This document shows, in pieces, positions 33,521 to 46,869 of a stretch of DNA of 64,000 nt (position 1 is the stretch's first letter; every line of letters starts with the position of its first letter). The stretch comes from Octopus sinensis (lineage: Eukaryota): assembly GCF_006345805.1 (NCBI RefSeq), contig NC_043003.1, positions 3,286,001 through 3,350,000 of the forward strand, in the 5' to 3' direction. Both the position numbers and the translations under genes were made by a program. The notes under the pieces are model-generated. The model was not told where the DNA came from. It ran no database searches and saw only the letters and a program-made list of their open reading frames with translations.

Positions 33521-35039
33521 AAGTGAATGGATTAGAACGGGGTTTGTTTGTTTATAATATTGTACTTGTTTCAGTCAGTTGAGTGCGGCCATGCTGGAGC
33601 ACCGTCTTGAAAGGATTTGTATTCGAACGAATCGACACCGATGCTTGAGTTTATTTTGCCCCAAGTCTGGTAGTTCTTCTATTTCACCACTTTGCCGAAC
33701 CGCTAAGTTACGGGGACGTAAACAAACTAGCACCGGTTGTAGAGCGGTATTGAGGGACAAACATATTCACACACACACACATTATCTATCTGTCTTTATT
33801 TAACGTCCGTTGACCATGCTGGCATGGGTCGGACGGTTTGACCAGTTCTGGCAAGCTGGAAGGCTGCACCAAACTCCAGTCTGATTTACCATGGCTTCTA
33901 TAGCTGGATTCCTTCCTAATGCCAACCATTCTGATGGTGTAATGGGTGCTTTTACATGCCACTGACATGGGTGCCATTTGCACAACACCAGTATCTGCCA
34001 CAACTGCGGTTTTACTTGGCTTGATGGGTCGTCTTTTCAAGCACAACAGAACGCCAAAGGTTTCGCTTATTTGTCATTACTTGAGCTTTTCATGTCACCA
34101 GCCACTTTACTTCTGCAAGGCCCAACACTCGAAAGGTACTTCTTACATGCCACCAGCATGGGTGCCAGTTATGTGACACCAGTGTTGCCCATGACTATGA
34201 TTCCACTTGGCTTGATGGGTCCTCTCAAGCACAGCATACCACCAAGGTCTCGGTCACTTGTTACTGCTCCCAAGAGGCCCAAAATTTGAAGATCCTGCTT
34301 CACCACCTCGTCCTTGTCTTCCTGGGTCTACCTCTACTACAGGTTCCCTCCACAGAGATTAGCACTTGTTTACACAACTGTCTTTGTCCATACGCATCCC
34401 ATCACCATACCAGCGTAGCTGCATCTCTTGCACACATCTGAAGCCCCTTATGTCCAACCTCTCTCTCAAGATGCTTACACTCTGTCCAGTTTCCATATAT
34501 CAAATCCACTCACAAGTCTTTGGTCGGCCCAGGGCTTTAGTAGAAGTCTCTTAGGTAAGGTGCCATGCAGTGGGATTGAACCCAGAACCATGTGGATGGA
34601 AAGCAAAAGCAAACTTCTTAAACACATGTGGATAAAAATTACATGAGGTGACATTTGCAGTAAATGAAGGCGATGCAGAGAGTGAGATTTCGGTTGTGAG
34701 GGAAGATCAGAGAGAGAGAGAGTGTGTGATATGAGTAACTGAGAGAGAAAGGTTGTGGTGGGCAAAGGTGGATGGGAAGAATAAACAAGTGGCACACAGT
34801 TACAAAGAAACAAAGGTAGAATTTAGAGGAATTGGAGGTGGGTATTCAAGCAACCAGTAGTGGAGGTTCTCAGTTTTAAAACCAGTGATTGTGAGCTGAG
34901 TTCATTCCATCACCTTTCAGCTGCCATTGGCCATTCTGAGTTTATCCCTCTCCACGCATTTTTGTTTTAGAAATCATGCAAGTTTCCTTGGCCATAAATG
35001 TGTTCAACTCTTTCTTTTTTCTGTAAGTCCCTTGGCTAT

Positions 35040-35580
35040 TTGGAGGTAAGGTTGGTCAGTTATGCTGGTGGCTATTAAGACAGAAACACACGTCCACGGC
35101 TGTCCTCTTATCTCCAGACAGTAAGCTGGTCCTTTCCCTTGGTGGCATCTCAACTCTGGAGAATTTTTGATTCTTGAGATGATCTCCCCCCTCCTCACCT
35201 AGAGCTGATCTTAATTACTATTTGACACACCTGGAAGTAGGTAATTTTAATAAATCAGGAAATTATCCTCTGATTGTCTATGGTGTTCAATAGTCTGCTG
35301 CCCACTGACCACTTAGAATTGTTTCTCTCTGTTTAGATTATGCAAATATTCCCATCTCATCCCTTCATCCTTGTTACACCTAAACCCCAGCAGATCCTGA
35401 ACTACTCACTTACCTTTCTGGCCAGAACTTTGGTCTCCTGGAATTCTCTCCTTACTCAAACCTTCTCAGCAGGTTTTGATTTACAAATCAGGAACATTAA
35501 CAACATCAATCTCAATGGTCTTGGAGAACCTGTAAAGGTCATTGGCATTGGTTGTCCTTCCTTCAGGTTCAACAAGCAAA
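35040..35580 (+). mobile_element. Degenerate CR1/L2-group LINE C-terminal remnant
   Basis: HPFILVTPKP...LTFLARTLVSWNSLL...FDLQ matches the HPF...FFPRT..LWNSLP...DLQ pattern. Confidence 0.5.
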
Positions 35581-35679
35581 AACACTCTCCAGCCGTGGTG
35601 CTGGTGGACTTCAAAGACAGGCTTAGGATGGTGAAGTGCAGTGCCATGAGTTTTAAGAGACCGAGAAAGTTAATCATCA

Positions 35680-36200
35680 TCATCATCATCATTTAACGTC
35701 CGTTTTCCATGCTGGCATGGGTTGGACGGTTTGACTGGGGTCTGGGAAGCCAGGAGGCTGCACCAGGCTCCAGTCTGATCTGGCAGTGTTTCTACAGCTG
35801 GATGCCCTTCTTAATGCCAACCACTCAGAGTGTAGTGGGTGCTCTTTACGTGCCACTGACACAGGGGCCAGAGGGGGCTGGCATTGACCATGATTGGATA
35901 GTGCTTTTTATGTGCTACTGGCACGGGAGCCAGTCAAGGCGGTGCTGGCATTGGCCACGTTCAAATAGTGCTTTTTACATGCCACTGGTACAGAAGTCAG
36001 TTGGGGCAAGGGAGCTGGTATCAACCACATTAGGATGGTGCTTTTTTTATGTGCCACTGGCACGGGGACCGCAACTACAATTCCCATTTGATTGTAATTT
36101 GATGTTGATGTACTTGACTCAATAGGTCTCCTCAAGCATGGCATGTCACCCTATGATCCAAGGGTACTTTTGAGTTGGCCGGTTATGCAACACTGGTGTA
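35680..36200 (-). mobile_element. Long RTE-tail element with ~4-5 internal sub-repeats
   Basis: (CAT)n then the tail in reverse; repeated GGTGCTTTTTA(C/T)GTGCC; shares upstream sequence with 54130-54525. Confidence 0.8.
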
Positions 36201-37379
36201 GGTCTATGTAGAAGCTGGCATGACCCCCAGCTGAGAGTAGCAAAATGGAATGTCCCCCCTTATGATACTCATTGACATAACTCAGAATATTAACTAACAC
36301 AACATTTATACTGCTTCATCAAGCAGAGACCATTATGGGTTCAGACCCAAAACACTTTTATCAAAACTCATTAATTTTTGGGGTCACAGTTTTTTTTTAT
36401 TACCACAGAGACCCCTAAAACAACTGTATATTACTTTATAAACTGAATTCCTACCTACTGAAAACACACAACAATCATGTAATGTAAATCCATGTATGTA
36501 TGGAAGAGTTTCTACAGACTCACTTGTATGAACACACAGATCATGTAAACTCACTTGTATGTTATGCATAAATATATGTTCCATCAGTTCCCCTTTTTGA
36601 CTCACTACCAACTCCATGCACGATGCACACATGTATGTACGATGGCCAAACTTTATAGAATGCAGAGTTCATTTCTTAATCTGTAGCATTAATTTGATTT
36701 AGAATATTTATTCTTAGCGCCAAGATTAAATCCATACCATTTGTATAGTCCATTGAAGTCAATCATAGCTAATCACATCCCAATAGTCATTCTATGAATG
36801 TGGAATAGAATAAAACCTTTTTAACTTATTTCTCATTTCTATTATTGTAGGATAGATTTTTTTTTCTACATCATCTTAATCTGATTTCACTCAACAAATA
36901 AACAGTTCCCCCCACATTAATTCACTATCATTCCACTTCTGGTTATCTTCATGCTTGTCTCAGCCCAACAATTGCTGCTTCGGCCAGGGTTAAGATACAG
37001 GACTCTTGACATGTCCAACAAAGCGTGACGCCTAAACCAATCAGCTTAAGTAATTGAGTGATACTACACACTGATTGGTCAGAATAGAGTTTGCAAAACC
37101 TAGCAATCTGTAGCCTACACAGCTGTATTTAAGGCACAGATTCAATCATCTCGCTACAGTCAAAAATTGTGAAGCATGACTGTCACCACTACTACATGAA
37201 CCCGAAGATTGCAGAATTCAATGCATGAAAGTACTAGTTCAATCAGAATGAACATTTAACATTCTATTATTTTATTATATTATCAAATATCATTATAAGA
37301 TTGTAAATAAAACATGAAAATCAGACAAGGTTGGAATTCCTTTTATTAAGATATATATATATATATATATAGTGAGTCG

Positions 37380-37565
37380 CCATGATATATCGTTAGCCAC
37401 TACACACATTTTTTTCTCTCCTTGTTTTTTTCTGTGTCCCCTTCTGTAGAAGAGCGCAGGCTCGAAATGTAAAAGACTTTTTCTATTCCTGAGCGTTATA
37501 CTAATACATCTGCTTGTTTTATACACCACCTGTTTTCGTCTTTTGTTTTTTTCATAAACTCTCCC
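37380..37565 (+). repeat. Dispersed repeat with a hammerhead-like fold
   Basis: CTGTAGA-A-GAGC-GCAG-GCTC-GAAA-TGTA at 37444-37471; 3' part also found inverted at ~1345-1390. Confidence 0.45.
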
Positions 37566-37764
37566 TATATATGTACACATTCAGTTAACACTCATTTCAA
37601 TCCCATATTAACAACATTCTACTTTTGCTTCGTCAATGACCAGAGTCAAGTCTTTCCTTCAAATAACATCCAAAGTGCCAACATTAAAATGTCCCTTATA
37701 GTTTATATTCTCTTTTGTTGCTTTTAGCCATATCTGTTACGTTAGTCTTCTTGTTAGCTGTGTG

Positions 37765-38125
37765 TCATCATCATTTAGCGTCCGCTTTCCATGCTAGCAT
37801 GGGTTGGACGGTTCAACTGGGGTCTGAGAAGCCAGAAGGCTGCACCAGGCCCAGTCTGATCTGGCAGTGTTTCTATGGCTGGATGTCATTCCTAACGCCA
37901 ACCACTCCGTGAGTGTAGTAGGTGCTTTTTACGTGCCAGACGAGTCTGGCAAACGACCACGATCGGATGGTGCATTTTACGTGCCACCGGCGCGGGGGCC
38001 AGGCGAGGCTGGCAATGGTCATGAACGGATGATGCTTTTTACATGCCACCGGCATGAGGCCAGTTGGGGCGGCACTGGCAACAGCCATGTTTGGATGGTT
38101 CTCTTACGTGCCACCGGCACTGGTG
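37765..38125 (-). mobile_element. RTE-tail element
   Basis: Reverse-complement tail plus three sub-repeats. Confidence 0.8.
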
Positions 38126-41100
38126 TGTCTATCTAAGGTTGTCTTCTTCCTGTTGTGAGCTGTCCATGTTTATCATGATTGTCATCTTCATGGTGCTGTA
38201 AAACAATAATTCTACCAAACTCTGCTTACGGCTGTTATTGCATGTTTGGTCTGCTGTCAATATCTGGTGAAGGGGTTTAGCTTCAGACCATTCCTGCTTG
38301 AGCAGAATTATGATCAAAAGCTCTCCAGCCGTTACCAGCATTCTTTATACTAGTTAGAGTACATTGACTAATACATTCCAGCAATGCATTGATTTGGTTG
38401 ATGTTATCTGTTTGGATTCTGAGATTTTTCTTGCAGACTATAAGAGGTCTGGTTCTTGCATGAAACCTTCTACTCTTGGTGTTCATGGGTTCAACTATTT
38501 TGACTCTTGTCATATTCATTACCCAACAGACAAGGGGCAATTCTGAAAGCTGGTGGTTGAGAACTTGATTCTTCCTTGGCAGCCTAATGGTTACTAAGAA
38601 GGGTTTGTCGTATGTTGTGGTGCTGATCACCAGAGGCCGGTGTTGCATAGTTGCTTTTGAGTAACCAACACTTTAAGTTCTAGCTCAAGGAATAAAACTT
38701 CTGGCAAAGAATTTCTCAAAATATTTCTAATTTTGATCAGTGGTTTCAATATGACAATTGTTTTAAAATTTGCATTTTTAAAAATTAAAAGCTTCTTGAA
38801 AAAAATTTCAGATAACAAAAAAAAGTAAATTTCATGTCAAACAAGAAGATGGTCCAACATGCAGGACCATGTATGGTATGACAACGTGTAGGACATACTG
38901 TCATCTCAATTTGTTAAGGGGTGGGGTGATGAGGAGTTGGCAATGTGTTCAGCTTAATTTGGGGTCAGAATATGAAGATATTGAGCTGTATATGCAGCTA
39001 TTTATTTTTTTGCGCAGGAACCCAGATGGAGGGTAAAGTTAGACATAGGGTTTCCAGTTCTGAGAGGATTATTATTACTTTTTTTTTTAGATAAACCACA
39101 TCTGCAGAGAATTAAAAAAAACAAAAAAAACCTTTTATCTCTTACTTGTTTCAGTCATTAGACTGTGGCCATGCTGGGGCACCACCTTCAAGAATTTTGA
39201 TCAAACAAATCAACCCCAGTACTTATTATATTTTTCGTATTCTATTGGTCTCTTTTACTGAACCCCTAAGTTATGGGGCATAAACACCAATTGTATGTTG
39301 TAGATGTATGTTACTGTAAACAAAACAATATCTTGTTTACTAAAATTTCCAGACATTCAGGTCTTCCTATTCAGAACAAAATAGAGTATAATTCTACACC
39401 AAAATTGCTTTAACATCAAATTCCTTGATTGTATGGATCAGACAAATGTATAGGGGCAGATTGGCCATGGCTAGATGCCCTTCCTCTCTATAAACCCACT
39501 CACAAGGCTCTGGTCAACGTGGTGCTATAATGGAAGACCGTTTGCTATAAGTGCCATGCAGTGGGACTGAACTGAAAACCATGTGGTTGAGAGACTTCTT
39601 AATCACACATTCTGCCAACAATGTCTCTAAACCTAATTCAATAAGAGAGAGAAGCGAAGAGATGTTACTGCAATGAATGTTTAAACATCTTCAAACCCTC
39701 AATATTTGGTAATGCAACGATTCTAATTAATAATATAATTGTTCTTGGACTTCTGCATGGATTTCATTTTCTTTTAGGGCAGCAATTAGTCTTTTAAATG
39801 GTTACATTTTGCTTTACAAATATTCTTGATAATTTTAGCTGGTTTTCACCAAAATAGTAGAGATTCATAATTATTTTATTATATCATTTTACTTTTGTTT
39901 ACAGTATTGTTATAGTACAGTTTGTAGTATAGCTAGTGTTTATATTTTTGTTATAGTATTGTTTGGTCCACAAGTCATCAGCTGCTGGTACGCTGTGAGT
40001 TTCCAGAAAAACAATGGCATAATTTCAGTAATTTTACCTCATGCACTGCAGTAAACAACTTACCAGCTGGCCGGTGGAGCATGGTACTCACCGACCGTGG
40101 TAGAAATTGTTGTAAGTAAATATAGTGGATTTGTGATATGACAATATATTTTCTATTTACCATAGCTTACTGGTTTGGTATTAAGATTATATTTCTGCTT
40201 GCGCTTGTAGAAAGGAAGTTGTTTCTAACGATGTGGAGAGATCAGAAGGGAGGGAGTCAACTTTTATTATAGTCATTATATATATATTTTGTTTTCGGTA
40301 TAGATTAATATTACTGGTCCCTGGCATACTGGAAAGAAAAAATCTTTCGGTATGCCACACCTGATGGTTTGAGAGGCATTGGTTTATAGTATTGTTAAGG
40401 TTTCATAATTTACGCTGTTTGCACATAAAAACCATTTTTCTTCCTTAAATGTTATTTACTCTTCAGAACAATTCTTCCAAATAGATGATATCCTCATAAC
40501 CTCATAACATGCTCAAACCACATCAAATTCACATTTCATGTGAGCAACTCTTTTCATAGTTTAAGAATAATAAATAATTCTACCAAAAAAGTTAATTTTT
40601 TGTAAGTGCTTGAAAGTTAAAATGGCAATCATTGAAACATCTCTTGATGCCAGGAGACTATCGTATCTAAGAATATGACTAACCTAATAATGTCTTTAAA
40701 AAAGGTACATTAAAATTTGCCTAAAGTGAAGACTTTTGTCATTAAATTCAGTTTAGATCAGCTAAAATTTGCTTCTACAAATTTTAGTCACCATCATCAT
40801 CATCATCTACTGTCCTTTTACCATGCTGGCCTGAATTGGATGGTTGACAGTATCCAGTGAGCTACAGGGCTGGATCAGGTTCCAATGTTGGGTTTGGCAT
40901 GGTTTCAATGGCTGCACACCCTTATTAGTGCCAACCACTTTACAGTGTGTTTTACCTGTGCTACTGGCACTGCTAAGGTTGCCAAGTAACTTGCAAGACA
41001 GGAAAAGACAAGAAATCCCTCGACTAAATCTGGATTAAATCACAGTAACTGGATGTCGACTTTTAGTCATTTGAAACTTCAATACTTTTTCTAAATTTTG

Positions 41101-42419
41101 GTTCCAGGATTATGGGGGGGGGGGGGAGAAGGAAGAAAGAGAGAACCTTAAGTGAATAAATTTTCACCTGATGATAGTTCAACATGAAACTGATATAATT
41201 AAGGTTGTGACTACCTGCAAAAGTTTAGACATAACACCATAATTAACAATCAGGATAAACAAAAACAGCAAAGTTTATTTCTTGCTCTGAACCCTTCAAA
41301 CAAATTTGAATGAATCTATGAATAATTCAACAAATAATTTTTTTTAAAAAAAGGGGAAAATTAAAATAATCAAAATATTTTCCCATCTCACCTAAAATTA
41401 ATAATTTTCATCAGATGGATTAACAAATTGTCTCCCCTGACTATGAAGTTCTCTAATTGAAGTTCAACACGTTTAGTTGTAATATGTGAGAATGGTAAAT
41501 GGTGTCTGTGAGAACAAAGAATTGCATTGCTTAATGTCTTGATTAAAAATTGGTACAAAACCAACCTCTGCCAGATTGCAGGAAATAAGAGATTTTATTT
41601 GGTACTCTTGGTATTCCTGTAATGACCGACAGATTAGTTGGCCAAATGGACGTGGTCTTCATTTTGGTTTAAATTGTGGATAAGCAAAAATAATCAAGGT
41701 TCAAGTATGAATATATTGTGTGTATGTGTATTTAAAGTGGTTATATGCAGGATAGGCAACGGGGATCACCAAAGGAGGAAAAAGCCCAGCGTAAAGCTGA
41801 GCGAATCTACCCACAAATGATAAAGACCACCACTGCAGCATTTGCTACAGTATCTGCAAATTCCAGAAAGGTCTGCATTCCCACATGAGACAAAACAATA
41901 AAGAATTCGACGAAGAACTCTGGAAAACTGTGTCCTTCCTGAATCCTCATTCACCATAGCAACAAGAGAGTTCAATAATACACACACACACACATCCTTT
42001 AACCAGGATGCCTTAGTAAACAACACTCCAACTCATTGACACTAAATTCGCTGCCCATTTTGTTCCAAACTTCTCATCTACACCATAATTTTATTGAATC
42101 TCCTTCATTCTTCAAATTTTGTCAACAAGGTAACCTCAACCTACTAGAAATAGCAGTCAAATCCTCACTATTTAAAAAAACAAACCTGATAATGTATTCC
42201 TAGATATAGGAAAAGATGAGGTTCTGACAGCTTTGATAACAGACATGCTGGACTCGGGTAGCCTCGGCCAAATTACAACACAGCCACTAAGTGTGGACAG
42301 CTGTGTCTTTGTTCCAAACCCAGCAAAGTAACCATCATCATTTAATGTCTGTTTTCCTTGCTGGCATGAGTTGGATATTCTTTCCATTCCACTCGACACA
42401 ATTACACACCAGAGGGCTC

Positions 42420-42570
42420 TGATCCTTGAAAATAAGGTTTTTCCTAGTGTTTGTAAAGTCTTCAACAGCGGTTGCCATGGGAACCTCTTGGTTAAGCTGC
42501 TGGCCTACAGGCTACCAGCTATAGGCTACGTGTCTTGGATTAATAAGATTTTTCTCCAACCAATATTCAA
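42420..42570 (+). mobile_element. CR1-type reverse-transcriptase fragment
   Basis: FPSVCKVFNSGCHGNLLVKLLAYRL...SWI matches the DFSKAFDSVxHxxLLxKLxAYG...WI pattern. Confidence 0.5.
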
Positions 42571-43519
42571 GTTAGATGTACCCTAAGGTTTGGTTATGAG
42601 CCCAACATTTGTTTTCTGTAAATCAAGGATCCATTTGTTGTCTCATCTAACAACAAATATTCTAACATCACCTTTTAACTATTCCTCTTTATTCACCACA
42701 ATCTCATCTACAAATCACTTAAACACTCCCTGTTGTAGTGGAAGCACTGTCTCAAATATGTGGATTTTATTTTATTTGATCTGAGACAGCGCTTCAACTA
42801 GTTAAGCACCATTTATCTACAGAGACCACTATTTTAAATCCCTTTTATACAACAACTAATATCAATCTAGTCTCAGAAGGTTTGTGAGAGTGGAAGGTGC
42901 AACCCCCTTCTTCCAGAGCAAACTAATAAAAAAAAAAACAGTACACCTTATACACCTACCTCTTTTATCAACATCCTTACTGTGTTACAATCCCTAGATT
43001 CCCAGAACTGAATCCTTTACCAAATTTTTTTCCCTAATCATTTCTCCCAAAGATGTTCCCTTATTTAGGTTGCATCGGCAACATAAATGAAGTTCAGGGG
43101 TACTGACCTTTTCACTTCCACTGAGTGGAAAAAAAAAAAAAAATAAAAAAACATACACAACATATTGAACTTTTATAAATATATAAACACTAAGAGGTAT
43201 TAAATCCCTTGGTAATTAATAATGATTTGACACATGAGGCATTTTGTAAATTTTCATTTTTCATTAAAAAAGAAAACCTTTATAAAATACATGTTTTCTT
43301 GAGATGGAAATAGCAATTTCTTGTATTGGTATATGGCCACAGATTTGCATAAGTGGAGTATAGGTGATTGAATTTATCCCTCACTATGTGATCAAGACTT
43401 ATTTTAACAATCCTGAAGGGGGTAACAGGTAAAGCCACCCCTATCAAGATTTGAACTGAGAAAGTAGGACAAAAATTACTATCAAACTACAGTTTCAACT
43501 GCTCCACAGCCGGAATAAT

Positions 43520-45125
43520 AATTGATTCTAGCACAGGTACAAGATCTGAAATTTAGGGAAAGGGGTTCAGTCGATAGCATTGAACTCAGTACATGACTGG
43601 TACTTTATTTTATCGACCCTGAAAGGATGAAAGGCAAAGTTGACCTAAGCAGGAGTTGAACTCAGAATGTCAAGGGCTGTACTATATTTCAACAATGTGA
43701 AATAGCTTTATTTATGCCTATTCAACATTGAGTGTCTCCCAACTTTAAAAGGTCCACAAAAAATGAACTAAATAACTGAGATTATATTGAATGGAATTTC
43801 TTTGTAAAGAACTGATGAGGCCGACAACAGACAAGTAGTAATTATTCAATCAAATGTGTTACTTTTGCCACCGGATTAATTAATAAAATTGATGAAGTTT
43901 GAGCTGAGATCTTTGCTAATTGTTCAGTCTTTCTGTTTGTCTATAAAATATTCACTGCAAGGACTACATTTTCAGAATTATAAAGCAATAATGTTTTGAT
44001 ATTTGACAGTCAATCAACAAATTAATCATACATTTTAGCAAATGCTAATCAAACTTGTAACGTGGGTTTTACACTTTGAGAGTAAAGAATGCATGTACGC
44101 ACAGACACAGCACGGCACTGACGCTAATTCTCCTCTGCCAACTAAATAAAATGGCATTTTAAGTAAAACTCAACCTCGCTTCATTAATGAAAAATTCAAT
44201 GAAGTAACAACTGAAACTTAACGAGGGCTGAGAAATGACAGGAGTAATTAACATGGATCTACAATTGCCAAAATATGGCAATGATTCTTAGAACCATTTT
44301 GGTTGATTATAGAGCCAAATGTTCCATGATGCTGCAGCATTTTGCTAGCAGGCCATCTTTTGTTTTGCTGCTGCTGCTGCTACTACTACTACTACAATGA
44401 CAATCCTTTTTCCTATAGGCACAAGGCCTGAAATTTTGTGGAGAGGGGTCAAGTCAGTTATGCACTGACCGCAGTGTTCAACAGGTACATATTTCATTGA
44501 CCCCAAAAGGATGAAAGGCAAAGTTGACCTTGGAATAGCTACTTAGAACTTCGTTTGACATGGTTAACGATTCTGCCATCTTGCCACTTTAATAATAATA
44601 ATTGACTTCAGTGGAATCTGAACTCAGGATGAATGTCGTTAATTTGCTTGGTGTGCTAACGATTCTGCCAGCTTGCCACCTTAAGAATAATTAAATTTTT
44701 CTTCTACAGGCATAAATCCTGAAATTTGGTGGGAAAAGGTCAGTCGATGACATCAACCCTAATACTTGACCGGTTCCTTATTACATCAACCTCAGCAGAA
44801 TTTGGAATTAGAATGGAAAAGCTGTAAGTATTTTGCCTGGAGTGCTGCTAATGGTTCCGCCAGCTGGTTGCCATAAACTAATAATAATGGTTTCAAATTT
44901 TGCCACAAGGGCAGCAATTTTGGAGGAAGGGATGAGTTGATTACATCAATCCCACAGTATGTAACTGGTACTTAATTTAATGACCTTGAAAGGATGAAAG
45001 GCAAAGTCGACCTTGGTGGAATTTGAACTCAGAACATAGCGGCAGACAGAATACCGCTAAGCATTTGGCTCGGCGTGCTAATGTTTTTGCCAGCTTGCCA
45101 CCATAATAATAATAATAATAATCAT
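43520..45125 (-). mobile_element. Cluster of at least five MetaSINE-like SINE fragments separated by (AAT)n
   Basis: Repeated GAAAGGATGAAAGGCAAAGT(T/C)GACC, GCACAAGGCC..AATTT and TTCTGCCAGCTTGCC blocks. Confidence 0.75.
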
Positions 45126-45974
45126 AAACATGTTTGCCATGTGTAAAATAAACAGCCTAAAGGTTGACAGTTAAATCCTGTCCAATGATTGCAAGGAATC
45201 TCTGCAACCAAATATGCAATCCAGTTTACCTGACACATAAGTATACTAGAAGCTCTACATTCTTCTAATACAGGTGAGTAACGAGTACTGACAAATTTTT
45301 GTACTAAATAGAATAAAATGAAATTTAAATATCTGTGCGTGCGTGTGTGTAAACATACACACTGGCATTCGTGTATATATATACATGCTAACATTAACAT
45401 ACACAGGTAAATTTTGCAAAGCTTGAGCAAGTAAAGCGTGGAAACTAGTTTTATCCTAGTTGAGCAATTGAGTGAATTGACTTCACTTCTGACAAGGCCC
45501 CAAGTTGGATGTTGAAGCAGTTGGAATTGATATCTCCTTCCTGTCTTCACAAAACTTCATCTTTCTCTCCCCTACACTCCAGTTTAGCAAAGCGATTTGA
45601 ACAATTTTAAAAAATTTTTAAAGGGTAGAAATTAAGGGAGATAACTATGCCTGACTAGCAGCTTTATTCATCCAGATTCCCCCAAATTCAATGAAAATCG
45701 CAATCTTTTACAAATGCTTAAAAAAACTTTCCACATTTATTTGACAATTAGGTATGATTTTTTTTTGTGTTTTCTTAAATATATTAAAAATTTCCTTATA
45801 CATTTTTAAATGTTTCTTTTAATATTCTTTTTGCATAATATATATTTTTCATTTTTATTTTTTTCCAAAACATTTTGTAGTCGTCTTTAAATACAAAGCT
45901 AATGAAAGAATGGCGGGTTTTGAGGGGCAGTATTGAAGGAAGGGAAGGAAAAAAGAGAGAAACCTTGATAAGTC

Positions 45975-46244
45975 TCAGTCAGATTTTATACCATTACTTT
46001 TTGCAGTTCCATTTTTGTTTGGTAAACTGCCATTGTGCTGCATATTACACTTGACGCTACCATTACTCATTCTACTAACATCCACAGTTGGTTTTTTCTT
46101 GAAATATTCCTTCCAGTAGAAATCACCAAACAACACAAGCATCATTAGAGCATTGGCTGTGATAGCTTTGGCAAATATCACTGGATAATTACACTCTATA
46201 AATAGAAGTTGAATGCTGTGGACAAGCATGGCTATGAATTGGAT
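45975..46244 (-). CDS. ELOVL: ELOVL1/7-like elongase, terminal coding exon (270 nt incl. TGA)
   Basis: Acceptor TTTGTTTGCAG; IQFIAMLVHSIQLLFIECNYPVIF...KSNGIKSD*; phase 0 matches the previous exon. AATAAA candidates at 45859-45854 and 45741-45736. Confidence 0.92.
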   Translation of the reverse strand: MQFIAMLVHSIQLLFIECNYPVIFAKAITANALMMLVLFGDFYWKEYFKKKPTVDVSRMSNGSVKCNMQHNGSLPNKNGTAKSNGIKSD

Positions 46245-46307
46245 CTGCAAACAAAAAGAAAAACAGAAAGAAATTAATATTTTGCCCATCGTTTCCAGAA
46301 GATTTTA

Positions 46308-46869
46308 TTGGGTTGTCCAGAGAGTCGGTGCCGATTTATAGTAGCTTACCTTTCGACTTATTTTAGAACATGGTTGAGTCCATAAAATAGGATTTGACTA
46401 CACCTCCATTTAGAGCACAGTTTAAGCTATCTTTTCGTGGAAGAAGGTTTATGTTCCTATAACCTGTGTTAATTCTGTAACCCTTTAAAATGTAAGATAA
46501 GTCCATTTTCGGCACTTGCTGCTTTGGGAACCAGACAAAAATTGCTGCAGCTTGGTTGGGATGTGTTACCCCACCCTCCATATTCACCAGATATTGCTCC
46601 TTCAGACTTCCACTTATTCAGGTCTCTGCAGAATAGTCTTAATGGTAAAAATTTCAATTCCTTGGATGATGTAAAAAGATACCTTGATGAATTCTTTGCC
46701 ATGAAAGCACCTCAATTCTGGGAAGAGGGTATTTTCAAGTTAAAGGAAAGATGGAGATGCATAGTGCAAGAAAATGGTTCATATTTGGTTGATTAAAAAT
46801 GTAATGGCAGGTATTTATTGACCTTTTTCTTTCCTTTAAAAATCAGCACAAACTTTCTGGACAACCCAA
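46308..46869 (+). mobile_element. Internally deleted mariner transposon with transposase C-terminus
   Basis: TIRs TTGGGTTGTCCAGA / TCTGGACAACCCAA, left TA; HPPYSPDIAPSDFHLFRSL motif in ORF 46524-46796. Confidence 0.9.

Noticed and set aside
43810-43830. CTGATGAGGCCGACAAC and CTGATGAAAGAC (24841) as hammerheads
   Set aside because: Core heptamer only; no helix II and no GAAA in register.
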